The translations under genes were made by a program, and so were the position numbers. From NCBI GenBank assembly GCA_963739235.1, contig CAVTZY010000024.1, forward strand, positions 282,123 through 346,122: 64,000 nucleotides of DNA, in the 5' to 3' direction. The notes below the pieces were generated by a model. It saw only the letters and a program-made list of their open reading frames with translations. It did no database searches and was not told the DNA's origin. Shown here piece after piece: positions 10,741-20,994 of this stretch. Each line of letters opens with the position of its first letter. Position 1 is the first letter of the stretch. Origin of the DNA: Terriglobia bacterium (GTDB lineage: Bacteria; Acidobacteriota; UBA6911).

Positions 10741-11883
10741 ATGAGTTACTGGCTCGACCTCTTTACAGGCACAACTTGGGATGAGTTCCAGAAGGCGGGT
10801 TCCAAGGTAAGCGGCTTCAATTCCCGAATGAGAAACGCCGTCAATCGCATAGAAAAGGGAGATATTCTCCTCTGCTATCTGACCGGAGTTATGCGTTGGG
10901 TGGGGGCACTGACGGTGCTGGGACCAACCCAAGACAAGAGGCAGATCTGGAGCACACGAGACTTTCCAGTTCGTGTGGGTGTGACCCCGCTGGTTTTGCT
11001 CAAACCAGAGTGCGGGATTCCTATGGACGCTCTGGAAGGGAAGGTAGATTTTTTCGAGGGGCCTCAGCATAAGGGCAAGTTCAAGGGTTTTTTGAGAGGA
11101 AGCCCCGCAAAGTTTCGCCGGAAATCCGATGGGGATCTGATCCTAGAATTGATGAGGGAAGCTGAGCGGAATCCGGTGATTCGTCCAGTTGATCCGAGGA
11201 AACTCGCTCGAAAACCCCTCTTCAAGGCTGAGCGCAAGAAGGGAAAGCAGACGATTGAGGCAGTTGTCAGCGTGCCCGAAACAGACGAGACCGAGACCCC
11301 TCAGACATCCGGCGACGAGCAGATACCCCGGACTTCAGCCACTCAGCACACGGAAATCCAGTACCATCTTTTGAAACTCGGTTCGGAGATGGGACTGAAT
11401 CTCTGGGTTGCCAGAAACGACAGGTCAAAGACTTGGGATGGAGAAACGCTGGGCTCCATCAAGGGCATGGTCGGAGAGTTGCCCACACAGTTTAACGAAG
11501 CTACTAACCGGACGATAGAACTTATTGACGTGCTCTGGCTGAAAGGAAATTCAATCGTCGCAGCCTTTGAGATTGAGTGCACAACGGCAATCTACTCCGG
11601 TCTGCTGAGGATGAGCGATCTTTTGGTTCTCCAGCCAAACATCGACATCCGCCTTTATCTTGTTGCCCCGGACGAGAGGAGAGACAAGGTTGAACAGGAG
11701 TTGCTCCGTCCGACATTCACGCTTCGAGAGAGGGCCTTGCCGGAGGTGTGCGGATTTCTTCCATTCACTACCCTGCTAGAAAAAACAGAGGGAATCAGGA
11801 AATTAGGACTAGCCGCCTCTCTCAAGCCCGATTTCCTTGAGAAAACGGCGGAGTTCTTTGGCAGGGATGCCAGCGAAACGTAG
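10741..11883 (+). CDS. PUA-like (EVE-like) N-terminal domain fused to C-terminal restriction-endonuclease-like domain; candidate modification-dependent (Type IV-like) nuclease
   Basis: 380 aa; N-terminus MSYWLDLFTGTTWDEF...GDILLCY resembles EVE/PUA starts (M.YWL.K); C-terminal IDVLWLKGNSIVAAFEIECTT suggests a D..E.E nuclease core; adjacent to the RM pair. Confidence 0.5.
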   Translation: MSYWLDLFTGTTWDEFQKAGSKVSGFNSRMRNAVNRIEKGDILLCYLTGVMRWVGALTVLGPTQDKRQIWSTRDFPVRVGVTPLVLLKPECGIPMDALEGKVDFFEGPQHKGKFKGFLRGSPAKFRRKSDGDLILELMREAERNPVIRPVDPRKLARKPLFKAERKKGKQTIEAVVSVPETDETETPQTSGDEQIPRTSATQHTEIQYHLLKLGSEMGLNLWVARNDRSKTWDGETLGSIKGMVGELPTQFNEATNRTIELIDVLWLKGNSIVAAFEIECTTAIYSGLLRMSDLLVLQPNIDIRLYLVAPDERRDKVEQELLRPTFTLRERALPEVCGFLPFTTLLEKTEGIRKLGLAASLKPDFLEKTAEFFGRDASET

Positions 11884-12221
11884 TGAGGTATTCGATTGCT
11901 AGAGCAGCGAGGTGGCAACACCTGTTGACGCAAACCGGATCAAGGGCAAGGCCGCCTGTTTGGTTTGAAGGGAGGGATCGCACTCCGTTGCGTACCAAGA
12001 GTATTGATCAAATCGGAAGGCATTCCATTGCGCTGGCCGTTTCGCTGGAGAAGATTTCCCGCAGTTATTGATAACCTTCTGCAATTCGGATTCCCGGATA
12101 ATCGTCCGAGGGCCGACTCTTGTCCCTCCGTTTTATTGTCTAATTAATGTGGGGTAATATGGGGGAGTAAAGACGATGTGTACCGCTAAATGCTTATGAT
12201 ATAATAGTTTATATAAATATC

Positions 12222-12311
12222 TGGCGGAGGAAGTAGGATTCGAACCCACGAGGGAGTTACCCCCCTAACGGTTTTCAAGACCGCCGCCTTCAACCACTCG
12301 GCCATTCCTCC
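12222..12311 (-). tRNA. tRNA-Ser (anticodon UGA), class II with long variable arm, CCA encoded
   Basis: Reverse complement GGAGGAATGGCCGAGTGGTTGAAGGCGGCGGTCTTGAAAACCGTTAGGGGGGTAACTCCCTCGTGGGTTCGAATCCTACTTCCTCCGCCA folds as 7-bp acceptor stem, D arm, anticodon loop CTTGAAA (anticodon TGA), long variable arm, T arm GGGTTCGAATCC. Confidence 0.85.
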
Positions 12312-12425
12312 GCGGTAACGCGCGTCGGCAACATCTTACTTTCTTCGCCGCAATTTGCAAGCCCGGAAGGGGAAATCCAGTGCCGCATATGGTTCGCATG
12401 GTCCGACCCTCGGAGCGACAGTCCC

Positions 12426-13982
12426 CTACCAGCGCAGCGCCGCAAGCAGCGCCGCGTAGGTTTCGATGCCGCGCCAGAAGTGGCCGAGGCGGAAATTCTC
12501 GTTGTGGGAGTGCTGGCTGTTGTGGTAATTCACGATGGGGACGCCGATGACCGGGAGGCCGAGGCGATCGAAGACATACATGGGCACGCTTCCACCGAGT
12601 GTCGGCGCCTTTACGACGCCGGCACCGAGCGCATCCTCCAAAATGCGTGCCACAACAACGGACACGGGTAGATCCATGGACGTGCGCGTCGCCGGATACC
12701 CCCCGCCGTAATCGAGGCGTGCGACCCGAGGGTGGATTCGCCGCTCCTCTGGCGTGGGCGCGCGATCCCGCACGACGAAATACCCCTGCTTTCGGATGTG
12801 CGCGACGACCCTCTCGAACTGGCGATTCGGTTCGATGTTCTTTACAAGACGGATGTCGAAGGATGCCTCGGCCAGATCAGGCACGACGTTCTGAGACTGG
12901 TCGCCGACATACGCGCTGTGCAAGCCCCGTACGTTCAGGGACGGCTCATTGATGAGATCGACCAGCTTCCGGCCGCCGCCCTCTGCCTCGCCGAACTGCA
13001 TCTCGCGCATGAGTTCGGCATCGTTAAACGGCATGGCCTCCAGTGCGGCTCGCTCCTGGGCGGTCAGCGCAACCATGTCCTCGTAGAAACCATCGATAAG
13101 CACATGCCCCGAGGAGTCCTTCATCGACGCCAGTAACTGCGCCAGCCGCATCGCAGGGTTCGGCGCCCAGTTGCCGTAGTGGCCGCTGTGCAGACCGCGG
13201 ATCGGTCCGTAGACGGTGAGGTTGAAGTCCAGGACGCCGCGATTGCCATAGTACACGAGGGGACGGCCTGACTGGTGGACTGGCCCGTCACCGCTAATCA
13301 GCACATCGCCGCGAACGAGATCGCGGTGAGTACTTAATGCGCGTTCCAGGCCGGGCGACCCGTTTTCCTCCTCGCTGTCGAGAATGACCTTCAGGTTGAC
13401 GGCGCGCGGAATGCCTTTCGCGCCAAGCGCGTCGATGGCAGCCAGCAGTGCCACGATCGGGGACTTGTCGTCGGACGACGACCGCGCGTAGATGCGCCAG
13501 TCGTCCTGGTATGGGGTGCCAGCCGGCGGAAACGGGCGCAGAGCACCGCTCTCCTCGATGCTGTTCGTCCGGAGGCGCGGCTCGAACGGCCCGGTTCCCG
13601 TCCAGGCCTTCGGGTCTACGGGCTGACCATCGTAATGAGCGTAAAACACGAGAGTGCGCGTCGCATTTGCCGCAGGCAGTTCGGCGAACACGATCGGCCC
13701 CCGGTGCTCGATCTCGAAGAATTGCGTCCGCATGCCTCGGCGTTCGAACATGCTCATCAGCAAATCTGCGTTGCGGCGGATATTAGGTTCATCCGAGGCG
13801 ATGTTGGGGATCGCCAGCAGGTCGATAAGCTCCTTGATGATCGCCTGCTCGTGCGCGATTCGGTACGCACGCACGGCCGTGGCAATCCCTGCGGGCGTTG
13901 CAGGTGCTTGTGCTGCCACTATGCCTGCCACCGCCGCTACAGTACACAGCACGATCAATTGCCAACACCTGTGAATGAGCAT
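12426..13982 (-). CDS. Secreted M20-family metallopeptidase (dipeptidase-like)
   Basis: ORF track 12426..14207 (593 aa); likely start at MLIHRCWQLIVLCTVAAVAG (ATG at 13982, signal peptide); conserved SSDDKSPI region and HYDGQP metal-ligand context typical of M20/M28 peptidases. Confidence 0.7.
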   Translation of the reverse strand: MLIHRCWQLIVLCTVAAVAGIVAAQAPATPAGIATAVRAYRIAHEQAIIKELIDLLAIPNIASDEPNIRRNADLLMSMFERRGMRTQFFEIEHRGPIVFAELPAANATRTLVFYAHYDGQPVDPKAWTGTGPFEPRLRTNSIEESGALRPFPPAGTPYQDDWRIYARSSSDDKSPIVALLAAIDALGAKGIPRAVNLKVILDSEEENGSPGLERALSTHRDLVRGDVLISGDGPVHQSGRPLVYYGNRGVLDFNLTVYGPIRGLHSGHYGNWAPNPAMRLAQLLASMKDSSGHVLIDGFYEDMVALTAQERAALEAMPFNDAELMREMQFGEAEGGGRKLVDLINEPSLNVRGLHSAYVGDQSQNVVPDLAEASFDIRLVKNIEPNRQFERVVAHIRKQGYFVVRDRAPTPEERRIHPRVARLDYGGGYPATRTSMDLPVSVVVARILEDALGAGVVKAPTLGGSVPMYVFDRLGLPVIGVPIVNYHNSQHSHNENFRLGHFWRGIETYAALLAALRW

Positions 13983-14662
13983 GCCGTTCCTCCTCCACCA
14001 ACATCGTATGCCGGTCCGTGGTGCCGAACCACATTTATCGCCGATACTCGTGATATTATGTCGGAAAACACCGGCTGGATGCACTTTTTCCCGAGGCCCG
14101 CGCAGCGCATCCGGATGTCTTGTAAGATACGAAGCTGTTTGCCCGGGCTTATTTCGTTCCTGCTTGCCTGACCAGCTTGCTCCGTATCGTGTGGCCTGCC
14201 GGATCATAAACCACCACCTTGAGTTCCTGATGAGGTTTGTTCACCGGCAATGACAAAGAAAAAGGAATCCCTGCACGCAGGAACTCCCGGTAGGTGTCCT
14301 CCTTCAGCTGCAGATTCATCGTCTTCAGTCTGGACTGAGAAATCACGAAATAGGTTTGCGTCCCCATTTTCCGGGGAGTTTGGACCACGGCCAATTGTCC
14401 GGATAGCCGACCATACCGTCAGGTGACGGAAAATGTTGGTGGCGTGACTTCGTAAGAAGGCATCGGAGGTCGCGCTCTTTGCCGTGCAGAGTCGTTCCTC
14501 GATCGGGTGTTGAGTGAGGACTTCAGGTCCCAGATTGTGCGTTTTGTGGCCAGCGAAAGCAGCAGAGAGGTGGCGAGGACGCCTAACGGTTTGCCGCTCA
14601 GCCGCTGCGCTTTTCAGCGGTCGGCTGGAGCGGCGGGTTGGGCCGCTAAGCATGATCGCTTT

Positions 14663-15160
14663 TCACCATCTTAGGAGCCTGCCCCATAACGTAGCCGGAA
14701 AACCTTCCTCACGATAATGATGCGGATATATTTTCTTTAACAGTTCTCGGTAGCGCTCAATTTGGTGTCGGTCCCAAATTCCGTAGCTATCACACGCAGC
14801 ATTTAATGGGTGTATCTCGATTTTGTGGCGAGTCATACAGCTTCGCACGGTAATGTAGGCGATATCGTGAATTCGATATGTGCGCAAGTTTCTCCCGAGA
14901 AGAGCCTTTTGGAAACCGTCTCGATTGTCGATGTCGAGCGCCGAGCCAGAATCACACCCCATGCCGGTTTCCAAAATAAGACCGAGGCGCCAAGCTTCGC
15001 GAGAGGTGTAGGGCCACGCAACTATCTCATTTCGACCGAACACTAGTCGCCATGACCTCAGCCCCCAGTTCGATGCCATTAACCCACTTACCGCGACAGC
15101 AGCATCATCCTTCATGTCAAATGACCAATTCGTCGACCCAACGGCCTGCGGTTCAGCCAC
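14663..15160 (-). CDS. Hypothetical protein
   Basis: 165-aa ORF, no recognised motif. Confidence 0.3.
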   Translation of the reverse strand: MAEPQAVGSTNWSFDMKDDAAVAVSGLMASNWGLRSWRLVFGRNEIVAWPYTSREAWRLGLILETGMGCDSGSALDIDNRDGFQKALLGRNLRTYRIHDIAYITVRSCMTRHKIEIHPLNAACDSYGIWDRHQIERYRELLKKIYPHHYREEGFPATLWGRLLRW

Positions 15161-15204
15161 CTGGCCGACTGTGCAGGACCATGTTCATCATCCTTATCCC
15201 GCTA

Positions 15205-15750
15205 TCAAAGAACATTCCGACGAAGACTCCTGGCTGAAGGCCAGGTCGGCTGCAACCGCTTGTTGGGCGGCATTATGACTTTGTGCTGCGCCTTCGCCAG
15301 GTACCCACCTATCACACCGGTAACCAGGTAGACCAGAATCGCCACAATGTCTACCCAACCAAATCCGCCAAACATCAGGAACACCAGCGTCAGCACCGCT
15401 GGTACAGCTCCCACAATCAGACCACTAACCGGTTGTTTTTGCTCGCTCCCCTTCGCTACAGCCCAAGCACGCCATACCACAAGCAGGCCAACAATGACGA
15501 TCCATCCCACTTGCAGCAGCAAACTGCCTGCATACATCGCTGCTATCTTCTGGCCGATCTGCTCACTGATGGCGGCTGAACCTTGCCTCTGGGATCCCAT
15601 TTCAAAGGCCAGCCGGAAGGCAACTACAAACGCGGGAACCATATAAAGAACAAAGCCGATGAACCAAGCTAACAGTCCATTCAGCAAAGCCTTGCCGCGA
15701 GAGGTTTTCATACTCTCATTTCCTTTCGTGTTTCGACTATTTGTTGCCAT
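15205..15750 (-). CDS. Hypothetical integral membrane protein (4-5 predicted TM helices)
   Basis: 181-aa ORF rich in hydrophobic segments LLAWFIGFVLYMVPAFVVAF, WIVIVGLLVVW, VLTLVFLMFGGFGWVDIVAILVYLVTGVIGG. Confidence 0.45.
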   Translation of the reverse strand: MATNSRNTKGNESMKTSRGKALLNGLLAWFIGFVLYMVPAFVVAFRLAFEMGSQRQGSAAISEQIGQKIAAMYAGSLLLQVGWIVIVGLLVVWRAWAVAKGSEQKQPVSGLIVGAVPAVLTLVFLMFGGFGWVDIVAILVYLVTGVIGGYLAKAQHKVIMPPNKRLQPTWPSARSLRRNVL

Positions 15751-15984
15751 ATCAGTCTATGAGCCGCCCAACTTGTAATTATGCTGATCGGCGTATCTGA
15801 CCTGTGAAAAAGGCACAAACACAGTCATTTAGATCAACGAAGCGCCAATTATCAGAGCGATCAGATCGGATTGCAACTACTATTGCCTGGCGCAGTTGCG
15901 GCTGTATTGATTCAACAATCGGAGGATGTTATGCCGCACCGGTGGCTATCTTGTAGCGGTGTGATATGCCGCCACAGGCCCTCA

Positions 15985-16369
15985 GAGAGAGTCTGCCGGA
16001 CGTAAAGTGGGGTATACGGAAACTACGATGCGGTCCAGAAACGGCGCTCGGGTAAGTTGGCGACTTGAGAATTCCGGTGTTGGATTCTTCTCGCCAAATC
16101 CATCTGATAGATCGACGACACTCTCCAAAAACGAGTGGGAGTTTCCATCCTTGGCAACTGTTACAATCCATTTTTTTGGATCTTCAAAATCGACCGATTG
16201 TAACCAAATTGTCACTGTACGTGGTCGAAAAAGGGGCAAAATGAGGCAAAGTGGGATAAGAAGGGAATCGCGCTAAATTACGGTCGGCGAAGGGATTAAG
16301 TTGATTCCTAACGGTTTATTGAAAGTCCCCGACTAGCGTTTCAAGACCGCCGCCTTCAACCACTCGGCC
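15985..16369. repeat. Conserved ~385-bp repeat unit, copy A: ~340 bp of non-coding sequence fused to a 41-nt copy of the tRNA-Ser 5' half (16329..16369 matches 12271..12313)
   Basis: Near-identical to 33985..34374 (copy C) and partially to 29555..29771 (copy B); terminal 41 nt identical to the 5' half of the tRNA-Ser gene through the anticodon loop. Confidence 0.8.
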
Positions 16370-16400
16370 ATTCCTCCGCAGTCGTAAATTGCAGGAAATA

Positions 16401-16691
16401 TTACACTTTCCCTGTTACATTTTTCAAGCCTCCGAGATGTTTGAGCATTCCGGCATCCCGATCCCAGGAAGCCTTGTTCGCCTTGGCGAATACCGTGTAT
16501 TTTTCGGAAAATTCACCAAGGCTGATCTTGGGGACAACCTGGTACTGCCCTTTGCCGACATCGGCCTGTCGGATTGCCAGCAGTCTCTCCGCCTCCCGCC
16601 GACTTGTCGCGCGGGACGATTCGAAGACTCGCCGTCTATTCTGGTCAAAGAAATCAATCCACCAGACGCGGCCGCGTTTGTAGATTCCCAT
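16401..16691 (-). pseudogene. int: Tyrosine integrase, N-terminal fragment only (truncated remnant)
   Basis: 96 aa MGIYKRGRVWWIDFFDQNRRRVFESS...GKGQY matches the conserved N-terminus of tRNA-targeting phage integrases (MGIYKR..WW.DF); ORF terminates after 96 codons, far short of ~400 aa; lies immediately next to tRNA-half copy A. Confidence 0.7.
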
Positions 16692-16758
16692 TCCTTTCCC
16701 TTTCTACCCTTTGCCAGCCGCGAGGCGGATTCTATCACACAGGCGGCACGACGTTACG

Positions 16759-16980
16759 CTAGGATGTTGGCCAATTCCGATCGGGCCGGGCCGCTCGTCG
16801 GTTGGCCTGAATGAACTTCTCCAGATCATCCAAGTCGAATCGAACCGTCCTGCCGATCTTCACGAATGGAATTCGCCTCTGCCATAACCGGCTCTAAAGC
16901 GTCGATACCGAAACCGCCAGAAATTCCGAGGCCTGGCGAATATTCAGGAGCCTGCCACTACGGGATTCGAGTGGTTTCAT
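16759..16980 (-). pseudogene. AlpA/excisionase-like HTH protein with in-frame TAG replacing the conserved Tyr (…VSTL*SRLWQRRIPFVKIGRTVRFDLDDLEKFIQANRRAA)
   Basis: Manual translation of minus strand: MKPLESRSGRLLNIRQASEFLAVSVSTL[TAG]SRLWQRRIPFVKIGRTVRFDLDDL... matches the AlpA/Xis consensus (..STLYRLI..G.FP.P.KIG.R.VRW...DL..W); amber codon at 16894..16896; immediately upstream of the integrase fragment. Confidence 0.55.
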
Positions 16981-17567
16981 AACAGACCCTCAATAGCAAA
17001 GATAATAGCCGACCCCAAAATCCGGTGAATCCGTGGACCGAAGTTAGGAGCCAACGCCAACTTGAGCGGACCATCACCTTCAGGGAACCGATCCAGGAAC
17101 CAGCGCGCCGTCCACACCGCTGTGGCGACGATGGTACATACCAGGCTTTTGCATTCAATGATCCTGCGGAGCCCTCTAGCCTCCCGACTGTTTGATCTCG
17201 GATTGTCGAGAATCCTTCGCCTTTCCCCCTGTGGTCCTGTTTTTGGGGAGCCACTGCTGAAAGTCGCGGTCCCTACTGAAAGTGTAGCGCAGAACTGTTC
17301 GATGACGTAGTTTTGGCCACTGTGAATGAACCGCGCATAGCACTCGACGAGTTCCATCAGTTCAGGATCGAGCCGCAATGTGAACTGCTCTTTTTTCGGA
17401 GGGATGATTTCCTGTTCGATCAGAGGCATCTGACGTCCTCGCTTTCGTGAAGTCTGATATACTGCGCGAGTCGCTCCGCGACTTTCGCAGAACTTCGCCC
17501 TAGAGGTGAGATCGCATCGAAACCAGAATCTTTTATAATAAAGGATGCTTTCGTGTGTCTTCCTCAA
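16977..17567 (-). CDS. Hypothetical protein, first gene of the integrase/excisionase remnant operon
   Basis: 196-aa ORF ending 3 nt before the xis-like start; no recognised motif. Confidence 0.3.
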   Translation of the reverse strand: MRKTHESILYYKRFWFRCDLTSRAKFCESRGATRAVYQTSRKRGRQMPLIEQEIIPPKKEQFTLRLDPELMELVECYARFIHSGQNYVIEQFCATLSVGTATFSSGSPKTGPQGERRRILDNPRSNSREARGLRRIIECKSLVCTIVATAVWTARWFLDRFPEGDGPLKLALAPNFGPRIHRILGSAIIFAIEGLL

Positions 17568-18192
17568 CGAATCTCGACGGGAACATTGGTCGCAAAGGAC
17601 CTTCCATCAGCGGCGTCTTGTGCCACACTGCGTATTGAGTCCTCCCCCAGGCGCACATCTGAATGACGGCTCTGAGCCCGCAGCGAACGAAATGTGCTGG
17701 TGAACGTAAACCTTTTCGACATTTTCAAGTTCGGAATGGAGGAGTTGTGACAAGACAAGAAGTAGGCCAGTTATGCTGTAAAGTGCTCGGAATCTATACG
17801 TTCGTTTCTTCCCATATCGCGACCTATGGACAATATCGCTCGGCAGGCTTGTCACGCAGCAGCACTTATTTCTACAGCGTCAAAAGTCGGTTGTGCCTCT
17901 GTAACTAGTTGATTCAAGGACATTTGGCGGCGCATCAAAACACCCGGTGAGTCGTAACTGTTCCATCGCAGCTTCGCGCTGGTGTTCTCCCCGTTCTCCT
18001 TCGTGATTGATTTGCAGCATCATCCTTCTCGCGACAACCCGCATGAATACTGGGCCTTCGAGTGGTCTGGCCGTTTCGACATGTCCCGGCTTGGCCGCGT
18101 GACCACAGGCTGGGCAGTCATTAGTGTCTCCAGAATGTGGAACAATTACGAGTCATGTTATATAATCGATCGTAATTGTTCCAGGAGGCGCT

Positions 18193-20759
18193 ATGACTTC
18201 AAAGATCCAGCCCCTTTCCCGGCTCAATCAGCTCTTCCGGCGCAAGCGGGCCGCGCTGCTCGACGACCTGCGCCAGGCGCTGGGCACCAGGTCGCGCACG
18301 AGCATTTTCCGGATATTGAAGGCCGTCGGATACTTCACCAGCTACAGCCACGCCGGACGCTACTATACCTTGCGCCGCATCCCGAAGTTCGACCGGTGGG
18401 GCCTGTGGGCCTGGCGCGGTATCGGGTTCTCTTCCCGCGGCACGCTGCGTGCCACGGCGGTGTTTCTGGTCGAGGAGTCGGCGGTCGGGCAAACACACGA
18501 AGAACTGCAGCAACGGCTCGGACTGCGCATCTACGACACGGTGCGGAGCCTGGTCGCGGATGGGGCAATCAGCCGCGAACGCTTCGAGGATGTTTACCTC
18601 TACTTGAGCGCGGATCCGAAGAAGGCCGCCGTTCAGATGGCGGCGCGGCGGGAACTTCATGCCGCCGTTGTCGCCCGGCCAGCAGACCCGTTGCTGGTGA
18701 TCGACGTGCTGGTACGTGTCATTCATCACCCGCGGGACGATGCCGCGACGATCGCTGCGCAATTGCAGTCGGCCGGGCGTTCTGTGACGCCCGCTCAAGT
18801 CGAGGGAATCCTTCATGCTTACGGCGTAAAAAAAACGGCGGTCCGGTCACCCTCGCTCAGGTCGCAAGCCTGAGGCAGGCAATCCGGCAGTTGCAGGACG
18901 ACTGCCGGCAACGCTCGCAGAGCATCGCCGGTGTGCTGGTCGAGGCGGATGAGATCAGGCAACAATGTTCATCCTGTGGCGGTCCGACGCGGGTGAGGAA
19001 GACGTGGGTACGCACGGGCGTGACATTGCACCACGGCACTTTCCGCCTGCGGCAGAAGGTATGCATCTGTGTCTCCGGCTGCCCTGGGAGCAAACGGACC
19101 GGCGCGCTCGCCAGCCTCGTGCCGCCGCGCGGCGTCGTCGGCTACGACGTTATGGTCTACGTCGGGCTGGAGCGCTTTCTGCACCACCGGCAACGGGAGG
19201 AAATACGGGCGTCTCTTGCGGCCGATCATGGGATCTGGCTTTCCAGCGGCGAGATCAGCATGCTGGCCCGCCGGTTCCTGGCGTATCTGGAGCGGCTGCA
19301 TCATGCCGCGGCCCCTCGGCTTCGGGCCGCGTTGGCGGCAGACGGCGGCTGGCCGTTGCACATCGACGCGACCGGGGAAGACGGCCGGGGGACGTTGTTG
19401 GTGGCCTTTGCCGGATGGCGCCAGTGGGTGCTGGGCGCCTGGAGGATTCCCACGGAGCGCGCAGAGGCCATCCTCCCCCGTCTGCACGAGGTGACGTTTC
19501 GTTTCGGGCCGCCCTGCGCGATCGTGCGCGACCTGGGCCGGGCCATGGCAGAGGCCTCCGATCAGCTCGTCCGTGAACTCAAGCTCTCCATTCCCGTGCT
19601 GGCCTGTCATCTCCACTTCCTGGCTGACGTTGGCAAGGGCTTGCTCGAAGCATCCCACGACCGGCTGCGTGCCTTGTTCCGGCGGGCGAAACTCCGCAGT
19701 CAGTTGCGCGCTCTGGCGCGGGACCTGGGTCGCAGTCTTGGCCGCGACATCGACGGTGCGCGTGCCGGCTTGCGCCTCTGGCAGGCCGAGGCCGCCGACC
19801 GGGAGCGTCAGTTCCCTGAGGGCTCGGCTGGAATCGCCACGGCCCGTGCGCTCGCCCAATGGATCCTCGACTATCCGGCGGACACCCACGGGGACGGATT
19901 TCCCTTCGATCTTCCATGGTTGGCTCTCTACGATCGTTGCCTGCAGGCTGCCGGCGCGGTCGAGCACTTCCTGTCCGACCCGCCCCGGAATTGCGCAGTC
20001 CGCAAGTCCCTCCGGCGCCTTCGGCGTATCTTGGGGCCCATTCAAGACAACGATCCAGGCTTCGGTGCCGTTGCCAGCACGTTGGCGCGCCGCGCCGCAC
20101 TTTTCGCCGAGTTGCGAAAAGCGCTTCGGCTCCAGCCAGAGTCGAATCGAAGAAATCACACATCGTCGCAGCCGCAGAGCGCAACGCGAGAGTTGAAAGA
20201 CATCCGTCTGGCGGTGCGCCGCCTGACCCGTTCTCTGCGCACGCGCCGTCCGAAGCGTGGGCCGGCTCAAGACCACCGTCAGGCGATCGATATCGTCCTG
20301 TCCCATCTCAAGACGCATGGCCGTTATCTTTGGGGTCATGCCATCCACCTGCCCGGGAAACTCAACGGCCTTGTTCACCTGGTGGAGAGGACCAACAACC
20401 TGATCGAGTCGCTTTTTCACACACTGAAGCATGGTGAACGTCGCCGTAGCGGCCGAAAGGTCCTCACGCACGATTTCGAGAACCTCCCGCCGGCCGCGGC
20501 TCTCGTGACAAACCTGACCCACCCCGATTACGTTTCGCTAGTCTGCGGGTCACTCGACCGACTGCCCGAGTCTTTCGCAAAACTCGATGACAAAGCTGGC
20601 CCCAAGCCTAAATCATCGGTCACCTTGCTGGCGGCGAGTTCAGATCCGGAGAGTGCTTCGCTGCCGAGTGCTGATCGGAAGCTTGTACGCACGGAGGAAA
20701 TGACCCAGCGCATCATCGAAGCCGCTCAGAAGGGCTCACGGGCGAGGATGGTCGCGTGA
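18193..20759 (+). pseudogene. DDE transposase (IS4 superfamily, ISAs1/H-repeat-like signature), apparently frameshifted between an N-terminal ORF (18193..18873) and a C-terminal ORF (ending 20759)
   Basis: LHIDATGEDGRGTLLVAFAGWRQWVLGAWRIPTERAEAI resembles the ISAs1-family DDE core (aIDGKtlrgs...hlvsAfa..g.vLgq); C-terminal VERTNNLIESLFHTLKHGERRRSG resembles the transposase E-containing motif; two frames needed, implying a frameshift; many overlapping ORFs here are GC-driven shadows. Confidence 0.45.
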
Positions 20760-20994
20760 GATGTGCAAATCCAACCGACTTTTGACGCCGTAGACTTATT
20801 TCGTAGGGACGATACGCTTGAGTTCTTCGATCCAGTTTTGCACAAGAAGCATTTCTGTCACAGGCGTGGGCTTTCTTTGTTCCATTTTGATCGATCAACA
20901 CGGTCATGGATCGCACAATCATATAAATCGATATTGCCTAAACAAAGAAAGAGCGGTAGAAGCATCAAACGTAAACCTGCTCAGGAGGAACAGC

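Noticed and set aside
14149-14653. 81-149-aa minus-strand ORFs between the M20 peptidase and 14663..15160
   Set aside because: They overlap the upstream extension of the peptidase ORF and each other, with no motifs, so they are likely non-coding.
15929-16276. 80-89-aa ORFs inside the 340-bp repeat units (also 33820..34272 and 29422..29634)
   Set aside because: They lie entirely within a non-coding repeat family that ends in a tRNA fragment. Their strands conflict between copies, and they have no RBS or motifs.
18969-20522. 517-aa minus-strand ORF and several 140-226-aa ORFs overlapping the transposase region
   Set aside because: Antisense or alternate-frame shadow ORFs typical of very GC-rich coding sequence. 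Arg/Pro/Ala-rich and no motifs. The plus-strand frames carry the recognisable transposase signatures.
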